This document shows, in pieces, positions 37,933-48,003 of a stretch of DNA of 64,000 bases. Position numbers and translations under genes: made by a program. The notes under the pieces were generated by a model that was not told where the DNA came from, did no database searches, and saw nothing but the letters and a program-made list of their open reading frames with translations. The stretch covers positions 1 through 64,000 of the forward strand of contig OY762492.1 of NCBI GenBank assembly GCA_963665845.2. Direction: 5' to 3'. This stretch comes from Candidatus Poribacteria bacterium (GTDB lineage Bacteria; Poribacteria; WGA-4E; GCA-2687025). The stretch's first letter is position 1, and each line of letters opens with the position of its first letter.

Positions 37933-38087
37933 GTCATTCCCGCGCAAGCGGAATCTTAAGGCATAGCAGTCGCCGCGCCCGCCCAGAAACCCCCCTAGCC
38001 CCCCTTTTCAAGGGGGGAATCGGACGCGCGCCCTTTTCAAGGGGGAATCGGACGCGGCGCCGCGAATATCCCCGTATGGGCGTACTA
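37933..38087 (-). repeat. Composite repeat with internally duplicated hairpin
   Basis: Reverse-complement copy of 23221-23349; CCCTTTTCAAGGGGG..AATCGGACGCG present twice. Confidence 0.88.
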
Positions 38088-38104
38088 GCGCGCCGTTTCG
38101 TCTC

Positions 38105-39043
38105 TTATTCGCTGTCGTCAATCAGAAGCCGCCCGCGCAGATCGTCCACGCAAGAGAGCCGCTCCTCCTTGAAATACCGCTCCATCTCGTCCACAATCTC
38201 AATCGAAGCGCGCGGATTCGTAAAATTGGCGGTACCGACCGCCACCGCCGACGCCCCCGCCAAGATAAACTCCAGCGCATCCTCCGCGTTCATAATGCCG
38301 CCCATCCCGATAATCGGCAGATCAACCGCCTGCGACGCTTCCCACACCATGCGCAGCGCGATCGGCTTCACCGCCGGACCCGACAAGCCCCCGACGATGC
38401 GCGACAGGTTCGGCCGCCGAGTCTTGACGTCTATGGACATGCCCAGCAGCGTGTTGATGAGCGAGAGGCCGTCCGCGCCGCCCTGTTCACACGCCTGCGC
38501 CATCGCCGCGATGTCGCTCACGTTCGGCGTCAGCTTCACAATCAAAGGCAGGTTGGTTGCCTTCTTGCATTTTTCAACAAGATCTCGCAGCGTTTTAGCA
38601 TGCACTCCAAACGCCATCCCGCCCTTGTCGATGTTGGGGCATGACACATTCAGCTCAATGCCGTGGACGCCGTCCGCCTTGTCGATGAGGCGGCACATCT
38701 GGACATATTCGCTCACCGTATTGCCGGAAAGGTTGACGAGAACGGCGGCATCGAAACTGCGCAGATAGGGCAGCTTTTCTCTAATAAACGCATCAATGCC
38801 GACATTCTGCAAGCCGATCGTGTTGAGCATGCCGCTGGGCGTTTCGTAGATGCGAGGCGGGGCGTTGCCTTTGCGCGACTGGAGCGTTATGCATTTGACG
38901 CCGACGCCGCCCAGCAGGTCCAGATTCACAAAGTCGGCGTATTCAGGGCCGTAGCCGAATGTCCCTGACGCAGTCATGACGGGATTTTTCATTCGAAACC
39001 CGCCGATATTGACGTTCATGTTCGGTTGAAAGCCGCTCGCCAT
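38105..39043 (-). CDS. pyrD: Dihydroorotate dehydrogenase B, catalytic subunit
   Basis: 'NPVMTASGTFG', 'ELNVSCPN', 'VKLTPNV', 'GGLSGPAVKP'. Confidence 0.96.
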   Translation of the reverse strand: MASGFQPNMNVNIGGFRMKNPVMTASGTFGYGPEYADFVNLDLLGGVGVKCITLQSRKGNAPPRIYETPSGMLNTIGLQNVGIDAFIREKLPYLRSFDAAVLVNLSGNTVSEYVQMCRLIDKADGVHGIELNVSCPNIDKGGMAFGVHAKTLRDLVEKCKKATNLPLIVKLTPNVSDIAAMAQACEQGGADGLSLINTLLGMSIDVKTRRPNLSRIVGGLSGPAVKPIALRMVWEASQAVDLPIIGMGGIMNAEDALEFILAGASAVAVGTANFTNPRASIEIVDEMERYFKEERLSCVDDLRGRLLIDDSE

Positions 39044-39083
39044 GACATCGCCCGTTTAGTTTAAGAAATCAATGAACGCCCGA

Positions 39084-39890
39084 TCATAGGCGGTAGCGGC
39101 TCCATAGAACGCGGCTGGAGTCAAACACAGGACCTTCGATGCAGACCCGATCATACTCCATTTCGCCGCCTTTCTGTATAGGGACGACGCAGCCGAGGCA
39201 GACGCCCATCGCGCATCCCATGCGGTTTTCCAGCGCCGACTGCGCCGGGAGCTGTCGTTCCGTTGTGAAAGACGACAACGCTTCCATCATCGCCTTCGGG
39301 CCGCAAGTGTAAACGACCGGATTGGACAGCTCAACGCTCTCTTTTTTAAACGTCTTAATAAACAGATCCGTTACGAAACCATGGTAACCGTCGCTGCCGT
39401 CGTCCGTAGCGGTATGGATGTCCAGCCCGAACGGCTCAAGGTCGTCTAGGCAGAGGAGATACTCGCGGCTGCGGGCGCCGATAAAGACGCGAGCCGCGCC
39501 GCCGCTCTGCGCGAGCCTCTCCGCCAAGAGAAACAGCGACGCCATGCCGACTCCGCCGCCCACGATATAGGCGGTCTCTCCTTTTTTTGGGAGGCTGAAG
39601 CCGTTTCCCAGCGGTCCGATCATCTGAACCGCCGCGCCGATGGGAAGCTCCGCAAGCGCGCCGCTTCCGGCGCCGACAATCTGAAACAGTATTTCCAGCT
39701 CTCCCTGCCGCCGTCTGTAAATCGTGTAAGGGCGGCGCAGGAGCAGCCCCGTCTGGTCGGGCAGGAGAAGGTGAAGAAACTGACCTGGCTCCGCTGTCGG
39801 CTCCGTCCAGCCGCATTCGATGCGCATCCAGACATGGTTCGGCGCCGGGCGTTTTTTTTCTAGGATGGTTCCGACCGCGTCCGATTTCAT
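39084..39890 (-). CDS. pyrK: Dihydroorotate dehydrogenase electron-transfer subunit
   Basis: 'LRRPYT', 'GPLGNGF', 'CGPKAM', 'MGCAMGVCLGC..VCIEGPVF'. Confidence 0.94.
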   Translation of the reverse strand: MKSDAVGTILEKKRPAPNHVWMRIECGWTEPTAEPGQFLHLLLPDQTGLLLRRPYTIYRRRQGELEILFQIVGAGSGALAELPIGAAVQMIGPLGNGFSLPKKGETAYIVGGGVGMASLFLLAERLAQSGGAARVFIGARSREYLLCLDDLEPFGLDIHTATDDGSDGYHGFVTDLFIKTFKKESVELSNPVVYTCGPKAMMEALSSFTTERQLPAQSALENRMGCAMGVCLGCVVPIQKGGEMEYDRVCIEGPVFDSSRVLWSRYRL

Positions 39891-39893
39891 CGC

Positions 39894-40832
39894 TTACGCT
39901 GAAAGCCTTTCAAGATGGCGGACGATGGAATCGCCAAGCCCTTTTAAATTATAGCCGCCTTCCAGCAACGAGACGAGCCGACCGCCGCAATGCTCCTCGG
40001 CGATGGCGCGGACGATGTCGGTCAGCCGTCCGAAGCCGTCTGTTGTGATGTTGATGTTTCCGAGAGGATCCAGCTCATGGGCGTCAAAGCCCGCGGAGAT
40101 CAGAATGAGATTCGGTTTGAACTCCTCGGCGGCAGGGATCAGCCGTTCTTCAAAGGCGCGGATGTAGTCGCTGTCCCCGCTGCCTGGGGGGACGGGAATG
40201 TTGAGCGTTGCGCCGTCTCCTTCGCCTTCGCCCCGCTCGTCCGCCATGCCGGTTCCAGGATAAAGCGGGCTTTGATGAATGGAGAAAAAGAAAACGGACG
40301 GGTCCTCATAAAAAATATCCTGCGTCCCGTTGCCATGGTGGACATCCCAGTCGACAATGAGAATGCGCTCAAATCCGCAATTGATCTGCGCATGCTTTGC
40401 GGCGGCGGCAATCGAGTTGAAGATGCAGAACCCCATGCTTCGGGTCGGCGTCGCGTGATGCCCCGGCGGACGGACGCAGGCGAAAGCGTTCTCCGCCGCG
40501 CCTTCGGCGACCGCCTCCACGGCGCGCATCGCCGCCCCGACTGCTAAAAGCGCCGTCGCATAGGTTCCTTCGGACGCAACCGTGTCCATGTCTAAATGTC
40601 CGCCGCCCGCTTCAGAAACGGCTTTGGCAAGCTCAACCATCTCTTTGGAATGAACGCGCCGCACATCCGACTTTTGCGCAGGCGCCGGTTCTATCGGAAT
40701 CAGCCGCTGAAGAAGGTCGGCGCCGGCGAGGGCGCGCTCCGCCGCGTCCATACGCTGCCGCCGTTCGGGGTGCGCGTTTCCGGTGTCATGGTTCTTGAAT
40801 TCGGGGCTGTACAAGAAGCCTGTTCGCGTCAT
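39894..40832 (-). CDS. Histone deacetylase family protein
   Basis: 'HPER', 'RPPGHHA', 'DWDVHHGNGTQ', 'SAGFDAH', 'LEGGY'. Confidence 0.95.
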   Translation of the reverse strand: MTRTGFLYSPEFKNHDTGNAHPERRQRMDAAERALAGADLLQRLIPIEPAPAQKSDVRRVHSKEMVELAKAVSEAGGGHLDMDTVASEGTYATALLAVGAAMRAVEAVAEGAAENAFACVRPPGHHATPTRSMGFCIFNSIAAAAKHAQINCGFERILIVDWDVHHGNGTQDIFYEDPSVFFFSIHQSPLYPGTGMADERGEGEGDGATLNIPVPPGSGDSDYIRAFEERLIPAAEEFKPNLILISAGFDAHELDPLGNINITTDGFGRLTDIVRAIAEEHCGGRLVSLLEGGYNLKGLGDSIVRHLERLSA

Positions 40833-41788
40833 AGGTCGATCTCGTCCGCTTCTTCTTCCATTTCTACCGCTGTCCGCTCTGGGCTGATTCCTTCATTCCG
40901 CAAACGAAACTGATAATAAAGCAGACACTGCGCCCACCAACGCATAGGCTCAAGAAGCGCCGCCGCCGCCGTCGGAAGCCCCGCCCATAACAGCGCGGTC
41001 GCCGGCGCCGTCGGTTCAGGCGCCGGGAGACGAATCGCGTTCATATCGGGGTCGTACTCCGTCTCGCTTGGATACGCGGTCTGCTCCTCGCCTCGAATCA
41101 GGTAGTTCGCCTTCGGGTCGTACCGTTCCCCTTCTTGCAGCTGATATATATAGTAGCCGCTCTCCAGTTCGTTGAAGCCATGCGGAAACGGGGCGGGGCG
41201 CATTGCGTGAATCATCATGAGCGCGACCAACGCGGCGGAGAGCGAGATCGCCCCTGGCAGCGCCGCCGAGTTGAATTCGCCTTGCGTCAGCATACGGCTT
41301 CGTCGAAGGGCGGCGCGCCCGCCGTCCCCCTCAATGAGCGCGGCATGGGGGGAAAACATCCACCAAAAAGAGAACACCAAGGCGAGCGCGCCGTAGGGGA
41401 AGGCGTAGACCAGAATCATCGACGGGAACGCCAAGAAAGCCGCCGCCCCCGTCAAGCGAAGACGCCGTATGCCGACCGGCGGGCGCGTTTGCGTCCATGC
41501 GCATGCGGCGATGCGCGCCGTCATTGCCGATCCGAACGGGCTAAGGCAAAGAACGCATGTCAACGTCATCGCGGAGCCTACGGCGGCATGTTCGGCGCCG
41601 AGCGGCGGAGCCAAGACCCAGAGCGCGTAGGCGGTCAATCCTCCGAAGACGGTTCCGATGAAGAAAAAAAGAAGCGCGGCGGGCGCCGTCTGCCGAAACG
41701 TCGCGCCGTAAAGGCGGAAGGCGTCTATGAACAGCTCGCGCAGACCGCGCCTGCGCCATGGGTCGCCGAAAATCTCGCTCGGATCCAA
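40829..41788 (-). CDS. Hypothetical multi-TM membrane protein
   Basis: Several TM helices; 'ALRRSRMLTQG' motif; in-operon overlap. Confidence 0.7.
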   Translation of the reverse strand: MDPSEIFGDPWRRRGLRELFIDAFRLYGATFRQTAPAALLFFFIGTVFGGLTAYALWVLAPPLGAEHAAVGSAMTLTCVLCLSPFGSAMTARIAACAWTQTRPPVGIRRLRLTGAAAFLAFPSMILVYAFPYGALALVFSFWWMFSPHAALIEGDGGRAALRRSRMLTQGEFNSAALPGAISLSAALVALMMIHAMRPAPFPHGFNELESGYYIYQLQEGERYDPKANYLIRGEEQTAYPSETEYDPDMNAIRLPAPEPTAPATALLWAGLPTAAAALLEPMRWWAQCLLYYQFRLRNEGISPERTAVEMEEEADEIDL

Positions 41789-41792
41789 CGCG

Positions 41793-42599
41793 CTAGAACC
41801 TGTTGAGATAGTTCTGCACCTCTCGATCTTTCGGATTGAGGCGCAAAGCTTGACGCAGCGCTAATTTCGAGTCGGCAGGGCGCTGCAGCAGCATGAAGAC
41901 CGCCCCTAGATTGCGGTATGCGAGCGCGTATTCCGGCGTCAGCTCAATCGCGCGGCGGAAACGTCTCTCCGCCGAGGTGACGTAACTCGCGGCTTTTCCG
42001 TAAATCAGAAAAACGGAGTAGATCGTCGCGCCGTCGTTATCTGTGCGGAGCGGATGGCTCGACATGATCGCCCGAATGCTGTCTTTGTTCCAAATCTCCA
42101 TCTGGTCATGGACCAAGTCGCGGACATTTTTATACACTTCGAATCGGAACATGCCCGATTTTTCGCTCGGTACCGCCCGCAGAGTCGTTTTGATATGGTC
42201 AAGCGCGGGGATCGGGTAGTCGACGAATTCCGTCAGATCGTACGCCTGTATCCGCTCCTGCTTTTTTCCATCCACCACAGGCGGCTCCACCTGCGCTTCC
42301 GCCGCGTTCATCAAGACGCCGCCGAAATCGTTGTGCGCTCTGGAGTTCTTGGGGCGAATCTGAATCGCTTCCCTGTAGAGACGGAACGCCAGCTCATAGT
42401 CTCCGTCCACTTCTGCCTGGACAGCGGCTTGGCTCGCCTCTTTCATCTTCATGTTGAACTGCTGCGCCGCATGGGAAATATGCGTCGGGTCGTCTTTCCA
42501 AAGCTCGGGTCCGACCATGACCATATAAATCGCTGTGATGACGAGGCAGACAGGGACCAAGACGTAGCTGATGGAGAAGCGTCGTTTTCGGGGCTGCAT
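41793..42599 (-). CDS. Membrane-anchored TPR protein
   Basis: N-terminal TM; 'AIQIRPKNSRAHNDFG', 'AIELTPEYALAYRNLG', 'ALRLNP'; GGAGG RBS. Confidence 0.85.
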   Translation of the reverse strand: MQPRKRRFSISYVLVPVCLVITAIYMVMVGPELWKDDPTHISHAAQQFNMKMKEASQAAVQAEVDGDYELAFRLYREAIQIRPKNSRAHNDFGGVLMNAAEAQVEPPVVDGKKQERIQAYDLTEFVDYPIPALDHIKTTLRAVPSEKSGMFRFEVYKNVRDLVHDQMEIWNKDSIRAIMSSHPLRTDNDGATIYSVFLIYGKAASYVTSAERRFRRAIELTPEYALAYRNLGAVFMLLQRPADSKLALRQALRLNPKDREVQNYLNRF

Positions 42600-42626
42600 G
42601 CGTTTATCCTCCTTTGCGCGGACATT

Positions 42627-44054
42627 CTAAATGCGTACGTCGTATGTTTCAATCTCGTTGCCGCGGATCACCCGCACGCGCATCTGTTCGCCGTAGGAGA
42701 TCTGATACTCTAAGCCGCGCAGGTCCTCCACCGAGTCCAGATCAAAGCGTTTGGCGACGATTCTTCCGTACTGATCCCGTTCCAAAAGCGCCGCCTGCGT
42801 CAGAATATCCCCCTCTTTCAACACATCCTGAAATGCGCTGCCTTTCTCCACCTTCTCCACAACCACGCCTCGAACGGTTCGATTGACGCGGTCGGAAGAT
42901 GCGGCGTCTTGAACCGACGCGCCAAAAAACACATAGCCGGAGGGAGGCGCCTCTGGAATCAACCGCGCCTCGCGCATTTGTCCGCCGCGTTCGTAAGCGA
43001 TCCGCGTCGATTCATACGGCTCAATGAGGCGCAGAATGACATAGGCGTCCGTCTTAGAATACACCTTTTGCCCGTTGATCTCAACAATCAGGTCGCCTCT
43101 TTGGAGTCCCGCTTTTTCAGCCGGTCCCTCTTTTTGCGCATACAGGAGAACGGCGCCTTCGCTGGATGACGCCTCCAGCTCTTCAGCGGCGGCGGGCGTC
43201 ATGCTGGCGTACGCCGCGCCGATCCACGGCGCCGCCACTTTCCCCCGTTCTATGAGCGATCGGATGACCCGTTTGGCGGTGTTGATGGAGATGGCGAAGT
43301 TGACGCCGAGCGAACCGCTGCTCCCGGAGGTGAATATAAACGTGTTGATCCCGATCGCTTCGCCCGCCGCGTTCACAAGCGGGCCGCCGCTGTTGCCGGG
43401 GTTGACCGACGCGTCCGTTTGAATCAGGTTGTAGTAGGATCTGCCGCCGATGCCGACGACGCGGTTCGACGCGCTGACGACGCCGACTGTCACGGTCGGC
43501 TTCAGGTCGCGCACCTGTCTGCCGAACGGGTTGCCGATGGCGATCGCCCATTCGCCGATCTTGAGCGCGTCCGAATCGCCCAGTATCGCTTCAGGCATGT
43601 CGCGCGCGTCAATCTTGAGAACGGCAAGGTCGCTCACCGCGTCCGCGCCGACCAGACGCGCCTCGCTGAAAACGCGCCCGTCTTGAAGCGTCACCTCTAT
43701 ATCGACGGCTTCCGAAACGACATGCTCATTCGTGAGAATGTAACCTTCGCGCCCGTTGATGATAAAGCCCGAACCGTAAACCGATCTGTAGTTGCGTTCA
43801 AGTCTGCGCGGCGAACGGCTATGCGGACCGAACATGTCAAAAAACATGTAGAACACGGGATCGACCGTCGTTTCGATGCGGACAGCGCGGATGCTGACAA
43901 CGGTCGGTCCCGCCCGTTCGATGGCGTTGACGATGGCGTTGCTGCGCGTCGCGGCGATGTCTTCGGCGGGACCGGCAAACGCCGATCCGCCCATCCACAT
44001 AAAACAGGCAAGAAGACAAACCGCAAGAGCTGTCCAATTCCTGGCGCGGTTCAT
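42627..44054 (-). CDS. HtrA/DegP-family serine protease with PDZ domain(s)
   Basis: 'GSGFII', 'TNEHV', 'DLAVLK', 'QTDASVNPGNSGGPL'. Confidence 0.95.
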   Translation of the reverse strand: MNRARNWTALAVCLLACFMWMGGSAFAGPAEDIAATRSNAIVNAIERAGPTVVSIRAVRIETTVDPVFYMFFDMFGPHSRSPRRLERNYRSVYGSGFIINGREGYILTNEHVVSEAVDIEVTLQDGRVFSEARLVGADAVSDLAVLKIDARDMPEAILGDSDALKIGEWAIAIGNPFGRQVRDLKPTVTVGVVSASNRVVGIGGRSYYNLIQTDASVNPGNSGGPLVNAAGEAIGINTFIFTSGSSGSLGVNFAISINTAKRVIRSLIERGKVAAPWIGAAYASMTPAAAEELEASSSEGAVLLYAQKEGPAEKAGLQRGDLIVEINGQKVYSKTDAYVILRLIEPYESTRIAYERGGQMREARLIPEAPPSGYVFFGASVQDAASSDRVNRTVRGVVVEKVEKGSAFQDVLKEGDILTQAALLERDQYGRIVAKRFDLDSVEDLRGLEYQISYGEQMRVRVIRGNEIETYDVRI

Positions 44055-45256
44055 TTTAAAAGGCTCCGAAGCGACTGTTCAACGATCTCTGCCGCCTCCT
44101 CCACATGCGTTTTCTCGATGTTGAGCGGCGGCAGAAAGCGCAGGATATGGTTGTTTGTGCAGATGCTGATGAGTCCGTTTTGAATGCATTCGGCGGCAAG
44201 CGCGTTTCCGTCGATGGAGACCTCCAGCCCGCGCAGCAAACCCCGCCCGCGCATCCCTTTGACGCACTCGAACGAGTCCTGAAGCGCCAGCATGCGCTCC
44301 TCTAGATAACCGCCCATTTCAGCGGCGTTGGCGGCAAGGTTCTCATCCAGAACCGTTTTGAGCGCGGCGTCCGCGGCGGCAGCGCAGAGCGGATTTCCGC
44401 CAAAGGTGGAAGCGTGCGTCCCCGGACTAAAGCTTTCGGCGATCTTGTCAGTGGTGAGTATGGCTCCAATCGGCGCGCCCCCGCCCAGCGCCTTCGCCAT
44501 CGAGACGATGTCGGGCTGAACGCCGTACGTTTCATAACCCCAGAGCGTTCCGAGGCGGCCCATCGCAGTTTGGACCTCGTCCAGAATCAGCAGCGCGCCT
44601 TGATCGCCGCATATCTCGCGCAAACCGGCGAGATACCCATGCGCAGGCTCGTTCACGCCGCCTTCCGATTGGATCGGCTCCACCAGAACGGCGCAGACCG
44701 TTTCGTCAATGGCGTCCCGCGCCGCGTCCAGATCGTCGAACGGAATGATGGTGAAACCTGGCGCAAGCGGCTCAAAACCGACATGGTATTTCGGCTGCCC
44801 AGTCGCCGTCACGGTGGCGATGGTGCGCCCGTGGAACGACTGCTTCATCGTGATGACGGTCGTCTTGTCGGGATTGCCTTGATCTTTGGCGTATTTTCGG
44901 GCGAGTTTGATGGCCGCTTCGTTCGCTTCGGCGCCGCTGTTGCAGAAGAAGGTTTTGTCGGCAAACGAGTTTTCAACAAGGCGCTGCGCCAAACGCGCCT
45001 GCGGCTCAATGTAGTACAGGTTGGAGCAGTGAATCAGCTGGGCGGCTTGCTTTTGAAGCGCGTTCACGACGTTCGGGTGGCAATGTCCGAGCGCGTTGAC
45101 CGCAAGCCCGCCGAGAAAATCCAGATAGCGCCGGCCGTCGGCGTCCCAAACATACGGCCCCTCCCCCCGAACAAGAGCGAGAGTACGCGCTGTGCCGTAG
45201 GTGTTGATGATATACTGCGATGCCTGCGCTTTAACAGATGCGTTCGTATGAGTCAT
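44051..45256 (-). CDS. argD: Acetylornithine aminotransferase
   Basis: 'NSGAEANEAA', 'SFHGRT', 'DEVQT', 'AKALGGG', 'HASTFGGNP'. Confidence 0.92.
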   Translation of the reverse strand: MTHTNASVKAQASQYIINTYGTARTLALVRGEGPYVWDADGRRYLDFLGGLAVNALGHCHPNVVNALQKQAAQLIHCSNLYYIEPQARLAQRLVENSFADKTFFCNSGAEANEAAIKLARKYAKDQGNPDKTTVITMKQSFHGRTIATVTATGQPKYHVGFEPLAPGFTIIPFDDLDAARDAIDETVCAVLVEPIQSEGGVNEPAHGYLAGLREICGDQGALLILDEVQTAMGRLGTLWGYETYGVQPDIVSMAKALGGGAPIGAILTTDKIAESFSPGTHASTFGGNPLCAAAADAALKTVLDENLAANAAEMGGYLEERMLALQDSFECVKGMRGRGLLRGLEVSIDGNALAAECIQNGLISICTNNHILRFLPPLNIEKTHVEEAAEIVEQSLRSLLK

Positions 45257-45314
45257 CGGGCGGTTCCGTGTCCTTGATCAGCATGTCCATGCCGGCTTGG
45301 GCGGCATGGAAAAT

Positions 45315-45392
45315 TGGGGCGAACGAGGGGACTCGAACCCCCGACCTCCTGATCCACAGTCAGGAGCTCTAACCAGCTGAGCTACGTCCGCC
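45315..45392 (-). tRNA. tRNA-His(GTG) with encoded G-1 and CCA
   Basis: Anticodon arm CCTGA-CTGTGGA-TCAGG; T-loop GGTTCGAGTCC; G(-1):C73; ends CCA. Confidence 0.96.
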
Positions 45393-45483
45393 GCGCCTTG
45401 CGCTATAGTATGCGCCGCCGTTTTCAAAAAGGCAAGCAAACCGGCGATATTTCCGGTATCATACCATAAACAAGCGCAGGGAC

Positions 45484-45581
45484 TGACCTTACGTCTATAG
45501 TTGGGACATGTCGGCGGGTGGACGCGGACGGTTTCTGTGACGCCTCTGGATTCCCGCTTACGCGGGAATGACGGTTTGGTT
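45484..45581 (+). repeat. Modular palindromic repeat (arm + GATTCCCGCTTACGCGGGAATGAC)
   Basis: Colinear with 12080-12165. Confidence 0.85.
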
Positions 45582-45591
45582 CAGGGAGTCT

Positions 45592-46503
45592 ATGAACGAT
45601 AACGATCATCCTAAAGAATACCGCGCCGGCTATGTCTCCATCATCGGCAGGCCGAATGTCGGCAAGTCAACGCTTTTAAATGCGCTCGTGGACCAGAAGC
45701 TGGCGGCTGTGACCGACAAGCCGCAAACGACGCGCCACCGCATCTCCGCCATTCAGACAACCGAAACGGCGCAGATGATCTATCTAGACACCCCCGGCAT
45801 TTTTCCCCCGCGCTACAGGCTGCAGGAGCAGATGGTGAAGGCGGCTTACGACGCGGCGAAGGGCGCGGACGCCGCCGTTTATGCGATGGACGCCTCGGCG
45901 AAGCGGCTTGAGCCGGACTGGGAAATTCTAGACCGTCTGCGCAGCCTGAAGGCGCCGATGGTCTTAGCGCTCAACAAGGTTGACCGCGTCTATAAACCGC
46001 TGCTGCTGCCGATTTTGGAGATGTGCGCGGCGCGGGAGCAGTTTGTGGAGATGACGCCGATCTCGGCGCTGCGGCGGGACGGGCTGGACAGGTTGATAAA
46101 CGCGGTTGTCCCGCTGCTGCCGCTGAGTCCGCCGCTCTTTCCGCTTGACCAGTTGAGCGACCTGCCCGAACGTTTTTTCATCGCGGAGACGGTGCGGGAG
46201 AAGGTGTTTTTGAAGACGCGGCAGGAGGCTCCTTACGCCTCCTCGGTCGTTGTTGAAGAGTGGGATCAGGAGACGGGCGCGAGCCGCGCGTATATCCGCG
46301 TTGCGATTTATGTTGAGCGCCCGACGCAGAAGCGCATCATGATCGGAAAAGGCGGCTCCATGTTAAAGGAGATCGGGACCGCCGCCCGAAAAGATATTGA
46401 GGCGTTTCTAGGCGGTCCTGTTTTTCTAGAGCTGTATGTCGGCGTCCGCCGCCGCTGGCGCGACAATGAACAATCGCTCCGCGAATTCGGCTATCGAGAA
46501 TAA
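45592..46503 (+). CDS. era: GTPase Era
   Basis: 'GRPNVGKSTL', 'KPQTTR', 'DTPG', 'NKVD', KH 'MIGKGG'. Confidence 0.97.
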   Translation: MNDNDHPKEYRAGYVSIIGRPNVGKSTLLNALVDQKLAAVTDKPQTTRHRISAIQTTETAQMIYLDTPGIFPPRYRLQEQMVKAAYDAAKGADAAVYAMDASAKRLEPDWEILDRLRSLKAPMVLALNKVDRVYKPLLLPILEMCAAREQFVEMTPISALRRDGLDRLINAVVPLLPLSPPLFPLDQLSDLPERFFIAETVREKVFLKTRQEAPYASSVVVEEWDQETGASRAYIRVAIYVERPTQKRIMIGKGGSMLKEIGTAARKDIEAFLGGPVFLELYVGVRRRWRDNEQSLREFGYRE

Positions 46504-46549
46504 ACCCCGAAACAGCCCGCCCGATGACAGTGTAGGGCGCTGGATTTCT

Positions 46550-46650
46550 GGACTCCCCCCTTGAAAAGGGGGGCTGGGGGGGTTTTCGCCGCGCGCGGAA
46601 CGCGGAGGTTGTCTGGGAAAACTCTGGATTCCCGCTTGCGCGGGAATGAC
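46550..46650 (+). repeat. Composite repeat (C/G hairpin + GATTCCC..GGGAATGAC)
   Basis: Same modules as 17606, 23261 and 45549. Confidence 0.85.
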
Positions 46651-46778
46651 AAGCAGTCCAACTCAATCAGGATTTTCGTACATCATCGCTTATAGAAACG
46701 GCTTGCTTGCGCCGAGCGGTCGATTCTGTTACCATGCGTCCGTTGAATAAACGCCAATTAATTTAGAGGAGAATTAGA

Positions 46779-47576
46779 ATGCGATACCGATTAACGATCT
46801 GCGCCGCGGCAGTTTTGGCGGTTTTCATGGCTTCCGCGTCATCGGCGCTTGACTCTGAAGGTCTCATCGCCGGCTACCCGATGAACGAAGGGGACGGCGA
46901 CGCGGTCAAAGACATTTCAGGCAACGAATACCACGGAACGCTGAACGGCGCCGACTGGCATAAAAGCGCGGACGCCCCCACCGGCGGCATGGCGGTTGAA
47001 TTCACAGGCGGGCAGTCCCACATGGCGGCGGACAATGTGTTCTCGTCCCTGCCGAACAACGCCGTCAGCATGGGCGCATGGTTCTACCTGACGAACCACA
47101 CCACCTACGAAGGCATCTTGAGCGGAAGCGAAGGCGGCAAAGGCAACCCGCCCGGCGCATGCTGCCAGTACCGCATCATGGTGGACCCAAGCTCCCGGCC
47201 GTTTTTTGACGCTGGGACGCATGCGGATGTCGCCGTCGGAGGTTTCACCGTCGAAGAGGAGCGCTGGTACCATTATGTGATGACGATCGGCGACGGCAAG
47301 GTCTTCATCTACATGGACGGCGACGACATCCATGACGATGTCCCGAAGAGCGACCCGCTCCCCGAACTGGCGACGCCGCTGCTGGTCGGAACCGGCGAAA
47401 ACCCCGGCACATGGCCGATGACAGGCTATGTGGACGACGTTTTTGTGTTCGACCGCGTCCTCTCGCAAGAGGAGGTGGTAGAGATCATGAACGAGGGCTT
47501 AGAGGGCGCATTGAGCGTCAGCCCAAAAGGGAAACTGGCGTCCCGCTGGGCGGCATTAAAACTGCAGGCGCGCTGA
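46779..47576 (+). CDS. Secreted LamG-like jelly-roll domain protein
   Basis: Signal peptide; 'NEGDGDAVKDISGN', 'WYHYV', 'GYVDDVFVFDRVLS'; tail 'VSPKGKLASRWAALK'. Confidence 0.9.
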   Translation: MRYRLTICAAAVLAVFMASASSALDSEGLIAGYPMNEGDGDAVKDISGNEYHGTLNGADWHKSADAPTGGMAVEFTGGQSHMAADNVFSSLPNNAVSMGAWFYLTNHTTYEGILSGSEGGKGNPPGACCQYRIMVDPSSRPFFDAGTHADVAVGGFTVEEERWYHYVMTIGDGKVFIYMDGDDIHDDVPKSDPLPELATPLLVGTGENPGTWPMTGYVDDVFVFDRVLSQEEVVEIMNEGLEGALSVSPKGKLASRWAALKLQAR

Positions 47577-47582
47577 GGAACT

Positions 47583-47939
47583 TTACTCCTCTTCGCCGCT
47601 TTCCTGCGTCAAATAGACGCGCTCAACGACTCGCCCGCGGTTGTAAACGACACGCACTTCGGGCGTTCCGTCTCGGCGGTACTGCGTCCACGCGCCTTCT
47701 TTGCGCCCGTCGCGCGAGTTGCCCTGTATCTCGGCGTAATGCCCTTCGCGGAACTTTTGCCCGTTGTCATGGTATGCGCAGTAGTAGCCCGCGTATTTGC
47801 CTTCGTGGAAGGTTGCCTCGCTTTTGAGCGCGCCGTTTCGGTGATAGATTTTCCAGACGCCGTGTTTCTTGCCGTTTTTGTATTCGCCTTCGCGCATGCG
47901 TCTCCCTGCCGCTGTTTTTCTGTACGGTTGAATCGTCAT
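47583..47939 (-). CDS. MORN-variant repeat protein (YwqK-like)
   Basis: 'EGEYKNGKKHGVWKIYHRNG', 'YHDNGQKFREGHY', 'KEGAWTQY'. Confidence 0.8.
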   Translation of the reverse strand: MTIQPYRKTAAGRRMREGEYKNGKKHGVWKIYHRNGALKSEATFHEGKYAGYYCAYHDNGQKFREGHYAEIQGNSRDGRKEGAWTQYRRDGTPEVRVVYNRGRVVERVYLTQESGEEE

Positions 47940-48003
47940 GATGCATACACGCCGGCGGACGCCCGCGTTACATATTCCTCGGCGCCGACCTGTCCATCAG
48001 GTT

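Noticed and set aside
45257-45480. tRNA-His (and tRNA-Thr) as island integration sites
   Set aside because: No duplicated tRNA 3' end and no integrase seen; flanking genes are housekeeping
45568-45591. Repeat-derived N-terminus of Era (RPE-style coding insertion)
   Set aside because: That ATG lies inside the palindrome; GGGAG + ATG at 45592 is the better start, and no repeat copy was found inside a gene
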